A DNA stretch of 64,000 bases, taken from an uncultured Armatimonadetes bacterium. GTDB taxonomy: Bacteria > Armatimonadota > UBA5829 > DTJY01. The position numbers and the translations under genes were made by a program. Each line of letters begins with the position of its first letter. The stretch's first letter is position 1. Under the pieces are notes generated by a model. The model did no database searches. It saw only the letters and a list, made by a program, of their open reading frames with translations, and had not been told where the DNA came from. The stretch lies in the NCBI GenBank assembly GCA_963717145.1, contig OY970325.1, positions 3,680,001-3,744,000 on the forward strand, read 5' to 3'. Of this stretch, positions 9,236-18,839 are shown in pieces.

Positions 9236-10312
9236 CTATCCGTTCGCCGCCTTGAACTGCTTCATGAACGCCACGAGCGCATCGACCGCCTCCTGCGGCA
9301 CCGCGTTGTAGATGCTCGCCCTCAGTCCGCCGACCGAGCGGTGTCCCTTCAGGCCGATCAGCCCCGCCTTCTTCGATTCGTCGACGAACTTGGCCTCGAG
9401 TTCCTCGCTCGGGAGACGCCACACGACGTTCATGATCGAGCGGCTTTGGGTGTCGATCGGGCACTTCCAGAAGTCGCTGGAGTCGATCTCGCCGTAGAGC
9501 GTCGCGGCCTTCTTCTCGTTGATCTTCTGCACGCCCGCGATTCCGCCGAGGCCCTGGACCCACTCCGTCACGAGCTTCAGGATGTAGATGCCCCATGTGT
9601 TCGGCGTGTTGTAGAGGCTCGTGTTCTCGACGTGAGTGCCGTACTTGAAGAAGAGCGGCAAGCTCTCTGACTCCCGCTCGAGCAGGTCCTTGCGAAGGAT
9701 CACGAGCGCCAGGCCGGACGGGCCGAGGTTCTTCTGAGCGCCCGCATAGATCATCGCAAACTGGTTCACGTCGATCACGCGTGACATCATCTCGCTCGAC
9801 ATGTCGGCGATCAGCGTATCGACCTTCGGGAACTCGGTGAACCGGATGCCGCCGATCGTCTCGTTTGAGCAGATGTGGAGATACTCCGAGCCCGCGCTGA
9901 TGTCGAGTTCGCTCGGCTTCGGCGTCCGGGGATAGCCCGCTTCCTTGCCGGACCACGCGATGTGGGTCGAGCCGCCGATCTTCGCCTCCTTGATCGCCTT
10001 CGACGCCCAGCTTCCGGTGTCGACGTAATCCGCCGTCTTGCCCGCTCGCCGGAAGCTCATCGGGATCGTGGCGAACTGGAGGCTCGCGCCGCCCTGCAGG
10101 AAGAGGACCGCGTAGTCGTCCGAAACGCCCATCAAACTGCGGACGTTCGCCTCAGCCGCGTCGATAATCGCCTGGAACTCCTTCGAGCGGTGCGACAGCT
10201 CCATCACCGACATGCCGCTGCCGGCATAATCGGTCATCTCGGCCTGCGCCTTCTCGAGGACAGGTAGTGGTAAGGCAGCGGGCCCTGCGTTGAAATTGTG
10301 AACTCGTGCCAT
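9236..10312 (-). CDS. serC: Phosphoserine aminotransferase
   Basis: NFNAGPAALP, SVMELSHRS, GGASLQF, AGAQKNLGPSG, GHRSVGGLRASIYNA. Confidence 0.97.
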   Translation of the reverse strand: MARVHNFNAGPAALPLPVLEKAQAEMTDYAGSGMSVMELSHRSKEFQAIIDAAEANVRSLMGVSDDYAVLFLQGGASLQFATIPMSFRRAGKTADYVDTGSWASKAIKEAKIGGSTHIAWSGKEAGYPRTPKPSELDISAGSEYLHICSNETIGGIRFTEFPKVDTLIADMSSEMMSRVIDVNQFAMIYAGAQKNLGPSGLALVILRKDLLERESESLPLFFKYGTHVENTSLYNTPNTWGIYILKLVTEWVQGLGGIAGVQKINEKKAATLYGEIDSSDFWKCPIDTQSRSIMNVVWRLPSEELEAKFVDESKKAGLIGLKGHRSVGGLRASIYNAVPQEAVDALVAFMKQFKAANG

Positions 10313-10449
10313 TCTCTGCTCCTTCTCGTCGTCATAGTCTGCGAGCATCACTGCGCTCGCCTGCCGATATTCTCCACTCTGATTATTCGACTGCGCGCCG
10401 TGAATTCCCTTGTAACAGATTTCACAGATGTCAGTACGCCACTGCTGCG

Positions 10450-13400
10450 TCAGTCCTCGATCCGAAGCTCTGCCTTGCCGCCGGAGCTGGCGAGCGGGAT
10501 CAACGCATTCACGACGCCGCTTCTCGATCGGCCGATCTCCGTCCACTCAGTGCCGCCCTCCCTGCGCATCATGAGCCGCGAGCCGGCCGTACAAGGAAGG
10601 CTCAAGGTGACATCGTCGGTCGCCTCCAGGGTGTACGAGCCGTCATCGGTCGCATACAACGTCGCGAGCCCGGGCACGATCACCTTGTCGCCGATCCCGT
10701 ACTCGTAGAGATGGAAGGTCGCCCGGCCGTCGCCATCGGAGTCGGTGAAGATCGGCTTGAGTCCCTCGGCGGTGCGCTTGCTCTCATCGTCCAGCACCAC
10801 ATCGTACCGGACTTCTTCAGGCGCTCGGCTCCCGAATGCGCCTCGGACTCGGAGGGGCGTGTCGCCGGCCTCGTTCTCAATCACCGCGCCCCGATAGAGC
10901 GAGTAAGTTGAGTGCCATACGCCATCGAGTTGTGCCAATGCGGCGAAGTCGAGCATCGTCTTGTTCTTCACCACGCCGTCCTCGAAGCCCACCGCGACTC
11001 CCTCCGCAAGCAGGCTCGTTGTCCCGAGAGTCAATCGAAGCTTCCCATGCCCGGAGGCCCTCGCACCTACGACCTCGTATGCGTCACATCTCTCCGCACT
11101 CTCGATCCGTACCCGCCTGCCGATCAGCGCCTTCGGGTCGCCGATAGTCATGTCTACGGTGATCTCATTCGCGTCGCGGTCAAGGGCAATGATCTTCCCG
11201 ACATTCTCCGCCCGAGCAAGCCCGATCGAGGCATCCCTCGCGATGAGAAGTTTCCCACTCGACAGGAAGAGCCGCTCGATCCGCTCTCCATTCCGACGGA
11301 CCAAGCCCAAATCCCCAATCAGCGCCATGTCACCCAACTTGGCCGATCCGTCCGGTATCCCCGTCGAGAGAATCGTGTCCTGGGCGGCTTCCGTGGTTAC
11401 TCGGATTCCCGACGGACGGTATCCATCGATCGCCTTCCCCCGAGGCGCAAGACGCTCGATGCCACTGATTACGCGCTTGTCCGAGTACGGCTCGATCACC
11501 GTCAGGTACTCGCTCGTGAGCGGCGCATCATCCGTGCGGCACGCGAACGAATAGGTGATCGTGTAGTCATCGGGCTGCGAGGGAGCGCGTCCGTCCGCCA
11601 AAACGAGTTCCGTTCCCGGCTCGGGGAGGCCGGTGACGCGAACGTGAACCTTCCGCGCGCCGGCCAAGTCGTAGTCCAGCGACCACGGGGCGGTCACCGT
11701 GCCTCTGCGGATGTTCGTGAACATCGCCTGGTAGTCGAGGAGCGGTTTGCCGTCGGGACCGGGGCGGGATGCCTTGTACTCCACATCCTCACCCGCCAGA
11801 GTGCCCTTCGCCTGCTGAACGAGCGCCGGTCCATCGTAGACCGGCTCGACCCCCGGGCCGTGCCAACTCTGCCAATGCTCGCCTCCCCCGCGGACCCGAA
11901 AGATGTCCGCCATATAGCAATCCTGAGGCGAGAGGTCGATCATAAGGCTCGTCCGCCGGTAGAGCCGCTCTCCCTCGCCCCCCGGGAGAGGGCTGGGGTG
12001 AGGGGGCTCTCCGAAGGCGAGGTCAGCGGTACGATATGGGTCCTCCTGCGAGTCGATCATCTCGACCCCATTCGCCAACTGCAGCGATATCAGTCGCCCG
12101 AAGTCGTGTATCGTCGGGTTCTTCTGGTCGATCATCACCGTGTTGTGGGTGGCGATGTGCGTCTCCCAGGTGGCGGCGAAATCCCAGGACTTCGGGTATC
12201 CGAGGTCGGGGAGAAGCGCCTTGCCGAGCGCCTCGAACCCGAGGTTCAAGGGGTCGCGGTGGATGTGCGCCGGGTGAGCGCCGTAGAACACCCAGAGCGC
12301 CTTCTGGTCCTCCTCACTCCCTGACCGGGCGATAGCGAGCCGGTAGCCGTCGAAAAGCTGCGTCTTCCTGGGCAGGAACGTTCCGAGTTTCTTCACGGCT
12401 TTGCGAACCTTGTCATCGATCGGCTTGTCGAATACCGACGGGTGGCTGATCTTGCCGGTCGAGTCCATCAGTGTCGTGGCGACGCGGTCATCGCCGTATT
12501 GCCGGTAGACGGTCTCGCCATAGCCGCTCAGAAGCGATCGGAGTCCTCTATCGCGGTCGGTCGGATGCAGAGGCTCCGGTCCGCCGCAGTCTCCGACGCC
12601 GGGGAAATACCTATCGAGCAGGATCAGGTCCATGAAGTAGCTCTGTGCCATCGCCTTCAGCTTGGGCTCATCCCACATCACGGGGAAACGCGCAGTGTCG
12701 ATCTGCTCCGGGTGAAGTTTGCGGAGTTGCTCGACCTTCTCCATCGTCGGGAACATCGCCAGCTTGCTGGTGTTGTAGCCGATGCTCTCCGCTCCCCCAC
12801 CATCCTTGAATAGCGAGTTGCTCGCGAACGTGCGGAGTGGGCCGGTCGATTTATAGTAGAGCCAGTCGATCATCTCGAGCGAGTCCGGCTTGTTCACGCC
12901 CTTGACGTCGTCCATCACCAGGGCCAGGGTCGCTGCGGAGTTCTGATGCATGCCGAAGTTGCCGACGATGACGGTATCCTGGAGCGCCTTCGCACCTACT
13001 CGGACGATGTTCTCCTCCACATAGAGCCGCAGTTCCGCACCAGTCTTGACAGTCGGGAGTTTGCTCGACAGAAACTCGACCGTATCGGGATCATCGAGGG
13101 CGTCGTAGATTCGATCGTAGGCCGCTGCGATCCCCGCTACGTCGCTGCACGACCAGATGTAGTCGGTGATGAACCCGGATCGAACGGCATACGGATACTT
13201 GTAGCAGCGATCCGCCTTGTCGGTGGAATTGGGGAACTGCTCGGCGAGTCGGAGCAGGATCACCGCCGCTTTGTGGGCATATCGCTTGTCGCCGGTCAGC
13301 AGGTAGAGCTGCGAGAGCCGATCGAGCGCGGGCCGAACGCCATTGAGGTAGACGGCATGGATGTACTCGCCGAGGAAGAAGTAGGTATCGCCGTCCTTCT

Positions 13401-13890
13401 TGAAGCCGGTCCCGTCGTCCGGGAAGTCGCCGGATGTCAGGTCGCCGGCCGCGAAGTCATTCGAGGGATACCACTCGCCGCCGATCGGGCACTGGATCTT
13501 GAAGGGCTTGTTGAACGGGTCGATCTTCCAGGGATGGAAGACGCTGAACTTCTTGATCTCGAGGCCGTGGACCGGGCAGCCCTTGTGCTGGTTGACGTAG
13601 TATTCGCGGTGGATGCGCGTGTCCGGCATCAGTTCCCAAAGCTGCTCATCGGGCACATCGAGGAGTTGATCCGCCGACTTCCCGACCTCGCACCACGCGG
13701 ACTTGATGACATCGTCCTTGAGCCCTTTGACCGTGTCCTTCGCCCACTGGTACTTCGCGATGTTCTCGCGGGCGGTGGCGATCTCGTCATCCGTGATCGC
13801 CGTCCGCCGAGTCTTCGCCGATCCGGCCCCGAATGAACTCGTGAGAAGCGCCGCCGAACACAACAGCGCTAAGATGAACAGCTTGGGCAT
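10450..13890 (-). CDS. Secreted heparinase II/III-like polysaccharide lyase family protein
   Basis: Signal peptide; H.H.D.L...LLPDLGY and HNTV.ID motifs; 1146 aa. Confidence 0.75.
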   Translation of the reverse strand: MPKLFILALLCSAALLTSSFGAGSAKTRRTAITDDEIATARENIAKYQWAKDTVKGLKDDVIKSAWCEVGKSADQLLDVPDEQLWELMPDTRIHREYYVNQHKGCPVHGLEIKKFSVFHPWKIDPFNKPFKIQCPIGGEWYPSNDFAAGDLTSGDFPDDGTGFKKDGDTYFFLGEYIHAVYLNGVRPALDRLSQLYLLTGDKRYAHKAAVILLRLAEQFPNSTDKADRCYKYPYAVRSGFITDYIWSCSDVAGIAAAYDRIYDALDDPDTVEFLSSKLPTVKTGAELRLYVEENIVRVGAKALQDTVIVGNFGMHQNSAATLALVMDDVKGVNKPDSLEMIDWLYYKSTGPLRTFASNSLFKDGGGAESIGYNTSKLAMFPTMEKVEQLRKLHPEQIDTARFPVMWDEPKLKAMAQSYFMDLILLDRYFPGVGDCGGPEPLHPTDRDRGLRSLLSGYGETVYRQYGDDRVATTLMDSTGKISHPSVFDKPIDDKVRKAVKKLGTFLPRKTQLFDGYRLAIARSGSEEDQKALWVFYGAHPAHIHRDPLNLGFEALGKALLPDLGYPKSWDFAATWETHIATHNTVMIDQKNPTIHDFGRLISLQLANGVEMIDSQEDPYRTADLAFGEPPHPSPLPGGEGERLYRRTSLMIDLSPQDCYMADIFRVRGGGEHWQSWHGPGVEPVYDGPALVQQAKGTLAGEDVEYKASRPGPDGKPLLDYQAMFTNIRRGTVTAPWSLDYDLAGARKVHVRVTGLPEPGTELVLADGRAPSQPDDYTITYSFACRTDDAPLTSEYLTVIEPYSDKRVISGIERLAPRGKAIDGYRPSGIRVTTEAAQDTILSTGIPDGSAKLGDMALIGDLGLVRRNGERIERLFLSSGKLLIARDASIGLARAENVGKIIALDRDANEITVDMTIGDPKALIGRRVRIESAERCDAYEVVGARASGHGKLRLTLGTTSLLAEGVAVGFEDGVVKNKTMLDFAALAQLDGVWHSTYSLYRGAVIENEAGDTPLRVRGAFGSRAPEEVRYDVVLDDESKRTAEGLKPIFTDSDGDGRATFHLYEYGIGDKVIVPGLATLYATDDGSYTLEATDDVTLSLPCTAGSRLMMRREGGTEWTEIGRSRSGVVNALIPLASSGGKAELRIED

Positions 13891-13905
13891 CGTCTACTCC
13901 TTACA

Positions 13906-13940
13906 GAAAAGCCCCGACTCTCAAAGAGAACCGGGGCCTG
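13906..13940 (-). terminator. Terminator-like hairpin after hicB
   Basis: Minus strand ggccccggttctc-ttt-gagagtcggggc followed by tttt. Confidence 0.55.
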
Positions 13941-13959
13941 TTGCGATTTCCAGTCCGGT

Positions 13960-14175
13960 CTACGCCGCTACACGAATCTTCCCGACATCCGTTACCGGCT
14001 CCGGTACGGGCTTTCCTTCGCCTTTCAGCGTTTCCACATAAAGCTCTATAGCTTCCTTGATGAGTTTTTGAACTTCCTCCAAGGTGTCGCCAGCTGCGAC
14101 ACAGATAGGAAGATCGGGAACATGTGCTCCCCAACTCGTGGGGCCTTTTTCGTAGATGACTGCATATTCTTTCAT
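13960..14175 (-). CDS. hicB: HicB-family antitoxin
   Basis: YAVIYEKG..SWGAHVPDLP.C.A.GDTLEE...IKEAI. Confidence 0.9.
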   Translation of the reverse strand: MKEYAVIYEKGPTSWGAHVPDLPICVAAGDTLEEVQKLIKEAIELYVETLKGEGKPVPEPVTDVGKIRVAA

Positions 14176-14366
14176 GGTCTGTCCTCCCAACCTGCCTGCT
14201 CGTAGATATGCTTCACCGTGCCCATGGGCAGGTCCTTACCCGGATGACCTGCCACCACCACGACTCCCTTGCCCGTTGGATGCTTGAGCACTCGGTGGCT
14301 TCCAGCTTGCCGGTCGAGATACCACCCATCCTCATTCAGCCGCTTGATAATGTCACGGACTTTCAT
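14172..14366 (-). CDS. hicA: HicA-family mRNA interferase toxin
   Basis: MKVRDIIKRL..DGW...RQAGSH..LKHP..KG.V.V.GH. Confidence 0.92.
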   Translation of the reverse strand: MKVRDIIKRLNEDGWYLDRQAGSHRVLKHPTGKGVVVVAGHPGKDLPMGTVKHIYEQAGWEDRP

Positions 14367-14395
14367 GCGACCCACTCAGACGTGATCTGCTTCAT
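14363..14395 (-). pseudogene. 10-codon remnant resembling a HEPN toxin N-terminus (MKQITSEWVA*)
   Basis: Starts inside the MNT C-terminus as HEPN partners usually do; its TGA overlaps the hicA ATG. Confidence 0.55.
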
Positions 14396-14696
14396 AGAGT
14401 ACCCTACCGGTCGTCAGTATGTCGTGGATGAACGTATCGCCTATCGCCAGCCGCTGCCGGACCTTCTCAGGAGTCCTCACGAGGATGTCAAGAGGGAACT
14501 TCGGGCGGAATCTCAGCCGCATTTCGACCGACTTCTCGACCGCCTTACCCTCAAATGGCATCACAATCAGAAGATCGACGTCCGAGTCCTGGGTCGGAGT
14601 GCCATGAGCATAGGAGCCGAAGAGAACAATCCGCTCAGGATGGTATGCCTCCGCAATCTGCCGGCTAAACCTGGTTATCTCACGCATGCTGGCCAT
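14376..14696 (-). CDS. Minimal nucleotidyltransferase (MNT) antitoxin
   Basis: LFGSYAHG...DSDVDLL motif, G.VLYE end. Confidence 0.9.
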   Translation of the reverse strand: MASMREITRFSRQIAEAYHPERIVLFGSYAHGTPTQDSDVDLLIVMPFEGKAVEKSVEMRLRFRPKFPLDILVRTPEKVRQRLAIGDTFIHDILTTGRVLYEADHV

Positions 14697-14702
14697 GACC
14701 GA

Positions 14703-15863
14703 TCATTCCCCCGCGGCCGCCGCGATCAGTCCCTTGGAAATCTCCTCGCGCTGGATCTGGTTCGTGCCCTCATAGATCTGCGTGATCTTCGCGTCGCGCA
14801 TGTACTTCTCGATCGGGTACTCCTTCATGTAACCATACCCGCCGAAGACCTGGAGCGCGTTGGTCGTGACCTCCATCGCCACGTCGGAAGCGAAGCACTT
14901 CGCCATCGCGGAGTAGGTCGTCGCTTTCTTCGGTTTCGCCTGATCGATCCACCGGGCGGTCGCATAGATGAGCGCGCGAGCGGCCTCGACCTTCATCCCC
15001 ATATCGGCGAGCATCCAGCGGAGTCCCTGGAACGACGAGATCGGCTGGCCGAACTGCCGGCGCTCGCGGGAGTACTTCACCGCCAGATCGAGCGCCCCCT
15101 GAGCGATCCCCAGCGCCTGGGACGCCACTCCCGGCCGCGACATGTCGAACGTCTTCATCGCGTTGAAGAAGCCGGATCCGGGCCTGCCGAGGACGTTCTC
15201 CTTCGGCACACGGCAGTCCTGGAAGATCAGCTCGCGCGTCGCGGAGGCGCGGATCCCCATCTTGTTTTCCTTCTTGCCGAACGTGAAGCCGGGAGTGCCC
15301 TTCTCGACGACGATGGTCGATACCCCGCGCGGCCCTCTGGTCGGGTCGGTGACACAGAAGATGGTGTAGATCTCGGCCTCGCCGCCGTTCGTGATCCACT
15401 GCTTCGTGCCGTTGACGACGTACTCATCGCCGTCGAGGATCGCGGTCGTGGCGACTGCCCCTGCATCGGAGCCGGCGTTGGCCTCGGTCAGGCCGAATGC
15501 CGCGAGCGTTCCACCGGCGATTCTGGGTAGCCACTTGGCCTTCTGTTCGTCACTCCCCGCGATGAGGATCGGCATCGTGCCGAGACCGGTCGCCGCGAAC
15601 CCGAGGGATATGCCCCCGCACGCCTTCGACAACTCCTCGGTGACGATGCACATGTTCATGATCGGGCTGCCGAGGTCCATGCCCTCGTACTCCTCCGGTA
15701 TGAAAACGCGGAAGAGGTCGGCCTCAGCGATCGCCTTTGTGATCTCCCAGGGGAACTCGCCCGATTCGTCGAACTCGGCGGATACCGGCCGAATCTTCTT
15801 GTCGGCGATCTCGCGGGCGACATCCCGCATCATTTGCTGCTCTTCCGTGAAGAAATAGTCCAT
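14703..15863 (-). CDS. Acyl-CoA dehydrogenase (butyryl-CoA DH-like)
   Basis: FGLTEANAGSD, NGTKQWITNG, RRQFG.PI..FQ, YMRDAKITQIYEGTNQIQR. Confidence 0.95.
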   Translation of the reverse strand: MDYFFTEEQQMMRDVAREIADKKIRPVSAEFDESGEFPWEITKAIAEADLFRVFIPEEYEGMDLGSPIMNMCIVTEELSKACGGISLGFAATGLGTMPILIAGSDEQKAKWLPRIAGGTLAAFGLTEANAGSDAGAVATTAILDGDEYVVNGTKQWITNGGEAEIYTIFCVTDPTRGPRGVSTIVVEKGTPGFTFGKKENKMGIRASATRELIFQDCRVPKENVLGRPGSGFFNAMKTFDMSRPGVASQALGIAQGALDLAVKYSRERRQFGQPISSFQGLRWMLADMGMKVEAARALIYATARWIDQAKPKKATTYSAMAKCFASDVAMEVTTNALQVFGGYGYMKEYPIEKYMRDAKITQIYEGTNQIQREEISKGLIAAAAGE

Positions 15864-15940
15864 TGTTTCTGCACCCCTCTTAGGTTCAAAGTTCAAGGGT
15901 CAAGGTTCAACGCGGAGGAGGTTACTTCCTCTGTGGGGCT

Positions 15941-16052
15941 ACCGACAACGAATATCAAACGAATAAGCGAACGTGCCGTGATCAGTTGTCCGGAAAAACC
16001 GGACAACTGACATGCGAGCAATTCGCTTATTCGTTTGATATTCGTTGTCGGT
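15941..16052. repeat. AT-rich composite inverted repeat with inner hairpin
   Basis: 31 bp arms accgacaacgaatatcaaacgaataagcgaa enclosing tcagttgtccgg/ccggacaactga. Confidence 0.85.
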
Positions 16053-16134
16053 CGGGGACTCGCGGAGTACAACCCCGCTAGACAGTGATGCGGGCCGGAG
16101 TCCAACTCCGGCCCGAACGGTCACGGGTAGATGA

Positions 16135-17904
16135 CTATTCCCCGTACCGCGCCTCGAGCAGCTTGTTCAGAAACTCGATGTCGTTGCGGATCGTCTGGCG
16201 CTCGGCCTTGCAGCGATCGGGGAAAGCGCGGTCGGTCCTGTCCGCGAGCGACTCCAGGGTGCGGAGATACCCCTCCGCGATCCAGCGGGAATGCGGAGTG
16301 GCGATGATCTTGTTGAACTGGTCGCGGACCGGATTGAGGCCGGTGTTCGGCTTTCCACAGATGATGAAGCCGGGGTACATCTCGACCGCCTCCTTGAGCA
16401 CCTCGCGCTCCTCGGGCGTGTTGCCGAGATGGAGGATCGCCTGGCCGATCGACCGCATCGGGTCGTAGGCCTGAGGGTTATACGCGTAGTCGGCGCAGGT
16501 CAGCATCGGGAGGCGGTTCCACTCGTTCTGCTGGCAGAGCGGATTGCTCATGTACCCATCGACCACCTCGCAGAGGTCCGAGTCGCGGTTGATCACCGGG
16601 CCGAGGTGCATCGTGGGGTTGGCGTCATTGACCGGGTAGTTGTCCCACAGGAATAGGCGGTGCTTCGCGATACCCTTGTACGTTTCGGCGGCCTTGCGGG
16701 TAATGTTGCCGACCACGCTGTCGCCGGTCCAGAAGAGATAGACGTCCTTGTCGAGTTCCTTCGCGATGACCTCGAGGTACGCCTTCGCCGCCGCATCGGT
16801 CCCGTCTCCCCAGTAGAACGTCGGGCAGAAGATCATCTTGGCATCCGGGTCCTTCGCCTTGAGCCGCTCGAAGATGATGTTGACGACCCGCGACTGGCCG
16901 GACGCATCGATCCCCTGGCTGATGTCATCGAGCGAGATGTTGAACCACTTGACGCCGAGCCCCTGCATCCAGGAGTAGTGTTTCCAGAGGTCGTCGATGT
17001 CCTTGTCCGACTTGTAGTCGAGCGGGCGCTTGCTGCACAAGTTCGGGTTCATGCTGAAGCAGAACTCGATGCTGTTCTTCTGGCATTGGCGCACGATGTT
17101 CTCGTAGGCCGCCTTCTTGGTAGCCGGGAGGTCCTCCCACCAGCGATTGACCTCCGGGTTGCCCCACGCGTAGTGCTCGACGTCGGTCATGCTCCCGTAG
17201 CAGTTCTGGAGGAAGTTCATCTTGTACTTGGCGAGCACGGGAATCTCCGAGAGATACTGCTCGGGTGTCCACATCCAGCCCTTGGTGCCGCGCATGCCGA
17301 ACCCCGGCTTCTGCCCCGATGCGAGCGGCTCGGGGAACTGGCGCTTCTCGGCCGGCATCGTGACCCAGAAGTCCTTGCTCAGGTCGCGGACGATCACGAA
17401 CTCCTCCGCCCCGACGATGCACTTCGCCACCTGGAACCATGGAGGCCAGCCGAGTCCTCCTTCCTTCTCGGTGCATCGGACGACCAGCGTGTTCTGACCT
17501 TCCTTGAGCGTCCCGGCTGGGATGGCGAACTTGATGGTCTTCCACTCCTTCTCGGAGAACTTGTTCGGGCCGCTGAGTATCGTCTTGCCGTTCAACTCGA
17601 TCGCGATCGCGCACTGCTCCGGGCCGTCGTCATCACGTCCCCTGAGGTGCACGAACATCGGCTGCTGGGGGACCGACTTCGCCTCGAACGTCGCCTGCAT
17701 CTTCGACCGATCGCCGGTCGGTTCGGCATAGACGTAGTTCACCTGCCACTCGCCGGCCATGGTCGAGCCGTACAGGTCAGCGGCCCCGCCCTTGAAGTCC
17801 GTGCCGGCCAACTCCGCCACCGCCGGCCCCGCCTTGGCGTGTGCCATGCCCGCGATCAGGCAGAGTGCAACTGCTGCAAATGCTGAGGTCTTCAGTAGTC
17901 TCAC
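16135..17904 (-). CDS. Secreted GH84-like beta-N-acetylglucosaminidase domain protein
   Basis: Signal peptide; ISLDDI catalytic DD, FCPT.Y, FWTG, LWDNYPVND, MSNP. Confidence 0.85.
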   Translation of the reverse strand: MRLLKTSAFAAVALCLIAGMAHAKAGPAVAELAGTDFKGGAADLYGSTMAGEWQVNYVYAEPTGDRSKMQATFEAKSVPQQPMFVHLRGRDDDGPEQCAIAIELNGKTILSGPNKFSEKEWKTIKFAIPAGTLKEGQNTLVVRCTEKEGGLGWPPWFQVAKCIVGAEEFVIVRDLSKDFWVTMPAEKRQFPEPLASGQKPGFGMRGTKGWMWTPEQYLSEIPVLAKYKMNFLQNCYGSMTDVEHYAWGNPEVNRWWEDLPATKKAAYENIVRQCQKNSIEFCFSMNPNLCSKRPLDYKSDKDIDDLWKHYSWMQGLGVKWFNISLDDISQGIDASGQSRVVNIIFERLKAKDPDAKMIFCPTFYWGDGTDAAAKAYLEVIAKELDKDVYLFWTGDSVVGNITRKAAETYKGIAKHRLFLWDNYPVNDANPTMHLGPVINRDSDLCEVVDGYMSNPLCQQNEWNRLPMLTCADYAYNPQAYDPMRSIGQAILHLGNTPEEREVLKEAVEMYPGFIICGKPNTGLNPVRDQFNKIIATPHSRWIAEGYLRTLESLADRTDRAFPDRCKAERQTIRNDIEFLNKLLEARYGE

Positions 17905-18839
17905 GGAACCCTCCTCCAGTGCTCAGGTATTGGTACACAGCGTTCCCAATGCTTGAACTCCACAAAGTAATGGCCCTGGTTGTCTGGCTGGCGCAGGTTA
18001 CCTGCGTCGTAGAGCGCAAGATCAGCCCGTTTGGCAGCTTGGCTAAGGATGCCTTGCAGAGCAGACGCGTCCGGGTCTTGACGGACAATGTGCAGGCTTT
18101 GCTCATGAGGATCTGTAAGACGCACATGCACATAGTCTTCTCCCAGGATTGTCTGAGCATCCTGAGGCTGTCTCTGTATCTGCTCAAGTAGCTGCACCAG
18201 GGCTGATTCCGGGTTCGTCCTGGCAACGGCGGCTGCTAGTACGCTGCTCTCGAGCCGACTCTGCGGACCGCGATTGGCGTGCAGAAAGAATGGCTCCCAC
18301 CACACCTGCTCCAGCCAGTCGCATGCCTTAAGCATTCGCCCCGTGCCCCGGCAGAGCGCAAATGAGTTGCCTACTCCGGGTGTCACGTCCCCGGTTTCAG
18401 TTACCTCGAAGCCAGCTTCCCGTATGGTGGCAAGGTAGTCAAGGGCTTCGTCACGTGAAACGAGACGTAACATGGTCACGCGATCATCGGGATCGATCAG
18501 ACTGTTCACTGCTTGCTCAGCGAAGTGGTCACCATGCGGCCGCACCCCCGACATATACATCTCTTGCTGCTCCGGCGTGATGTCCTCACCCTTGTCTGCT
18601 CTAGACATCTCGCCGCCGCTTATCACAAGCAGACTGCCGTGCGCTTCCTCTACATTACAGTATTCCGGCCTGAACAGGCGTAGCAGCCCTCCAGGTCTCC
18701 TGCCGTAAAGGGACCGCTTCCTTTGGAGGTAGGGGTCATACCCCCATATCTCATCAGATGGGTAGCTCGACGTATCCAGCCCATAGACCGCGAAGAAGAA
18801 TCCGTCGATATGACTGGTGTTCAACTGCTTACCGTTCAC
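17901..18839 (-). CDS. Hypothetical protein with atypical codon usage
   Basis: 312 aa ORF overlapping both neighbours by 4 bp; visibly lower GC. Confidence 0.6.
   Translation of the reverse strand: MNGKQLNTSHIDGFFFAVYGLDTSSYPSDEIWGYDPYLQRKRSLYGRRPGGLLRLFRPEYCNVEEAHGSLLVISGGEMSRADKGEDITPEQQEMYMSGVRPHGDHFAEQAVNSLIDPDDRVTMLRLVSRDEALDYLATIREAGFEVTETGDVTPGVGNSFALCRGTGRMLKACDWLEQVWWEPFFLHANRGPQSRLESSVLAAAVARTNPESALVQLLEQIQRQPQDAQTILGEDYVHVRLTDPHEQSLHIVRQDPDASALQGILSQAAKRADLALYDAGNLRQPDNQGHYFVEFKHWERCVPIPEHWRRVP

Noticed and set aside
10912-13836. Long antisense ORFs here and at 16660, 18953, 30154, 39752, 41921, 44159 and elsewhere
   Set aside because: Shadow or alternate-frame ORFs of well-supported genes in high-GC DNA; no motifs or RBS.
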